Shown piece after piece: positions 22,794-24,526 of a stretch of DNA of 24,526 bases (the first letter of the stretch is position 1; every line of letters begins with the position of its first letter). The DNA comes from a virus. Lineage: Duplodnaviria; Caudoviricetes. The position numbers were made by a program, and so were the translations under genes. The stretch is from IMG/VR virus record IMGVR_UViG_3300020043_005073, positions 1 through 24,526 of that record. One strand, given 5' to 3'. The notes beneath the pieces were generated by a model that did not search any database, had not been told where the DNA came from, and saw only the letters and a program-made list of their open reading frames with translations.

Positions 22794-23768
22794 CTAGTAG
22801 CTAGTTTCTCTGTTCGTTAACCTTGCTGAAATCATCGCTGAGTCAGTCAAGTTAAATAACGCTTCAAAGTTCAAAGTTTGAGTGAGAGGGTCGTTAGCAT
22901 CCCAGCTACGTTCGAACTCTTCAAACACGACCTCATTCAAATCGAAATACAGTTGAGGGTTATGGCTAGAACCTAGATCAGTAGCAGTATCGGTCATATC
23001 GATACGGATAGCCCTATGGGTATTACCAAACACATAATCTCGGTAGGTTTCGTTTTCGAAATAAAGTTCGATAGAACCAGTAACACCAAATTGCTTATTG
23101 ACAATATCGTGAGGTTCGTTAGAACCCAAAACATATAACGGTTCAGCATTCTTTTTGACTTCCATATTAAAAGCAGTCACGTTAATAGCTGACGCGCCAG
23201 CCAAACCAGACTGTGCGGAAGCCATCTTGAAAGAAACCTGGCTAGGAATAAACTCGACTTCATTAGTGAACGCTGGCGTATGAGACGCCGATTCGCTCTT
23301 CTGTCCGATAAGAGAGATGCTACGTTTCACATAATCATCTACAGCTACTTCCAAAGACCAACTATCTAGGATAGCGAACGGAAACGAAATCTCCTGGATA
23401 CCATCCTCGTAAGCTACCGTCAATGCTTTATGGTCGTTATCATTCTTTAACGTATAAGCATGATCGTACACGCCACTAGTAGCCCTCTGAGTACTTACAG
23501 GGGATTGCCCGAATAACGCTACAAGTTCAGCTCCGACAGAGTTAAGAAAAATCTTTCCTTCATAGTCGCCCTCACCCCAAAGTTTAGTTATATCGCCATC
23601 GTTGAACTCTTCGATACGACCCATCGCAGAATCGTTCTTTACTATCTCGACCTTATCGTCGTAAGAATATCCTTGTACGGGAATCCAATATTCCGCTGCG
23701 ACAGCGGTACCTTGAGTCGATTCGATACCGATACCGACCGCACCTGTACGACCTATAATTTTAGCCAT
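22794..23768 (-). CDS. Major tail (tube) protein
   Basis: 324 aa, GIGIESTQGTAVA N-terminal motif, VTGSIELYFEN; upstream of chaperone and tape measure. Confidence 0.85.
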   Translation of the reverse strand: MAKIIGRTGAVGIGIESTQGTAVAAEYWIPVQGYSYDDKVEIVKNDSAMGRIEEFNDGDITKLWGEGDYEGKIFLNSVGAELVALFGQSPVSTQRATSGVYDHAYTLKNDNDHKALTVAYEDGIQEISFPFAILDSWSLEVAVDDYVKRSISLIGQKSESASHTPAFTNEVEFIPSQVSFKMASAQSGLAGASAINVTAFNMEVKKNAEPLYVLGSNEPHDIVNKQFGVTGSIELYFENETYRDYVFGNTHRAIRIDMTDTATDLGSSHNPQLYFDLNEVVFEEFERSWDANDPLTQTLNFEALFNLTDSAMISARLTNRETSY

Positions 23769-23928
23769 TAGCTGACTCCTTATTCTCTTTCAAAATCTTC
23801 TTGAGGAGCTTTTGGGCCTCTTCAAGATTTTTTGCTTCCACGACGATACCATCGCGCGTAAAATTGAACACTTCACCTTTAGGTGTAGGTTCTACAATCT
23901 TTTTTACGGTTTCTATATTTTCTGTCAT
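23761..23928 (-). CDS. Hypothetical 55-aa protein
   Basis: Manual translation MTENIETVKK...VVEAKNLEEAQKLL; GGGAG SD. Confidence 0.65.
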   Translation of the reverse strand: MTENIETVKKIVEPTPKGEVFNFTRDGIVVEAKNLEEAQKLLKKILKENKESANG

Positions 23929-23966
23929 AATATAACTCCCTATACTCTTAGCTTACAACAAAATCT

Positions 23967-24488
23967 TTAGGGCGAATAAAACTCTGGTTTTGGTTGAGTC
24001 AACTCGATATTGAAACGCAAGATACCCTCGACCGAAAAAATGTTGTCGCCACGTTTCTCCCAACCCAACCCATAATCGACCATCAGACCATCATCATTTA
24101 TTGACAGGAAAAGGTTGTCAGCTAGTTTCTGGTTATCCCTTAGAGCATAAATTAGTGTCCTCGCTTTAACAGTGAAATCGTCGTTTCTTTCCTCAAAAAG
24201 TTTATATAGGCCAGTCGTACCCCGAACCAGATCGAACGATTGATCTAAATCGGTAGTCCAATCGTAGATTACAGCCATAACAATCGCGGTCGTATGGGTA
24301 TCCTGCATTGTCCCGTCGGAACGCACAACAGTTCCTTCCCTCGCTACGGAAACGCAAGGCAACATCGATCTAGATGGAGCTAACACGTCACCATAGATAT
24401 AATGGCCGACCAATTCAGTAGGTCCTTCGACTTCTAACATGTCGATAAGGGCTTTAAGTAGAGGGTCGCGGTATTCTTCAAGAGCCAT
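23967..24488 (-). CDS. Putative tail terminator / head-tail joining protein
   Basis: 173 aa, upstream of the major tail gene; IYGD...LPCVSV; call is mainly positional. Confidence 0.6.
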   Translation of the reverse strand: MALEEYRDPLLKALIDMLEVEGPTELVGHYIYGDVLAPSRSMLPCVSVAREGTVVRSDGTMQDTHTTAIVMAVIYDWTTDLDQSFDLVRGTTGLYKLFEERNDDFTVKARTLIYALRDNQKLADNLFLSINDDGLMVDYGLGWEKRGDNIFSVEGILRFNIELTQPKPEFYSP

Positions 24489-24526
24489 TAGGCACCCCTG
24501 ACCGATTCTCTAATGTGAGCCTGGAA
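24488..24526 (-). CDS. 3' end of an upstream morphogenesis gene (partial)
   Basis: FQAHIRESVRGA then TAA overlapping the next ATG. Confidence 0.5.
   Translation of the reverse strand, partial: FQAHIRESVRGA

Noticed and set aside
1-24526. Stop-codon reassignment explaining the many short ORFs
   Set aside because: TAA, TAG and TGA all end conserved genes, long genes are intact, and short ORFs change frame at ATGA/TAATG overlaps.

Overview
A large part of a tailed (siphovirus-like) dsDNA phage genome, almost all on the minus strand. Reading from the right end: head-tail/tail genes (terminator-like protein, major tail protein, tail assembly chaperone with a -1 frameshift extension, tape measure, Dit-like, hub-like, C1q-domain receptor-binding protein), then lysis genes (NlpC/P60 endolysin, membrane protein, r1t-like holin). 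A short plus-strand unit (secreted SLT transglycosylase, NinG-like nuclease) comes next. The leftward early region follows: membrane proteins, a second secreted lysozyme-like enzyme, a replication initiator with internal iterons, ERF recombinase, HTH proteins, and about 25 tiny coupled genes including a DNA methyltransferase. The left end holds a ParB-like gene, HNH, terS and a terL that the ORF track misses (it runs off the window). Best signals: (i) a 348-aa class 3 (WCT) LAGLIDADG intein starting with Gly, inside the TerL Walker A; (ii) a leader upstream of the replication initiator with interleaved inverted repeats and an anti-SD, a candidate RNA switch, plus two more structured regions of similar logic; (iii) a small-gene array whose 3' ends share a GTTGAG-type motif, with direct repeats that bracket single genes; (iv) two exported cell-wall lytic enzymes outside the lysis cassette. 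No integrase, CRISPR array, tRNA or reverse transcriptase was recognised. All family calls are from manual translation and motif recognition; no searches or folding programs were run.
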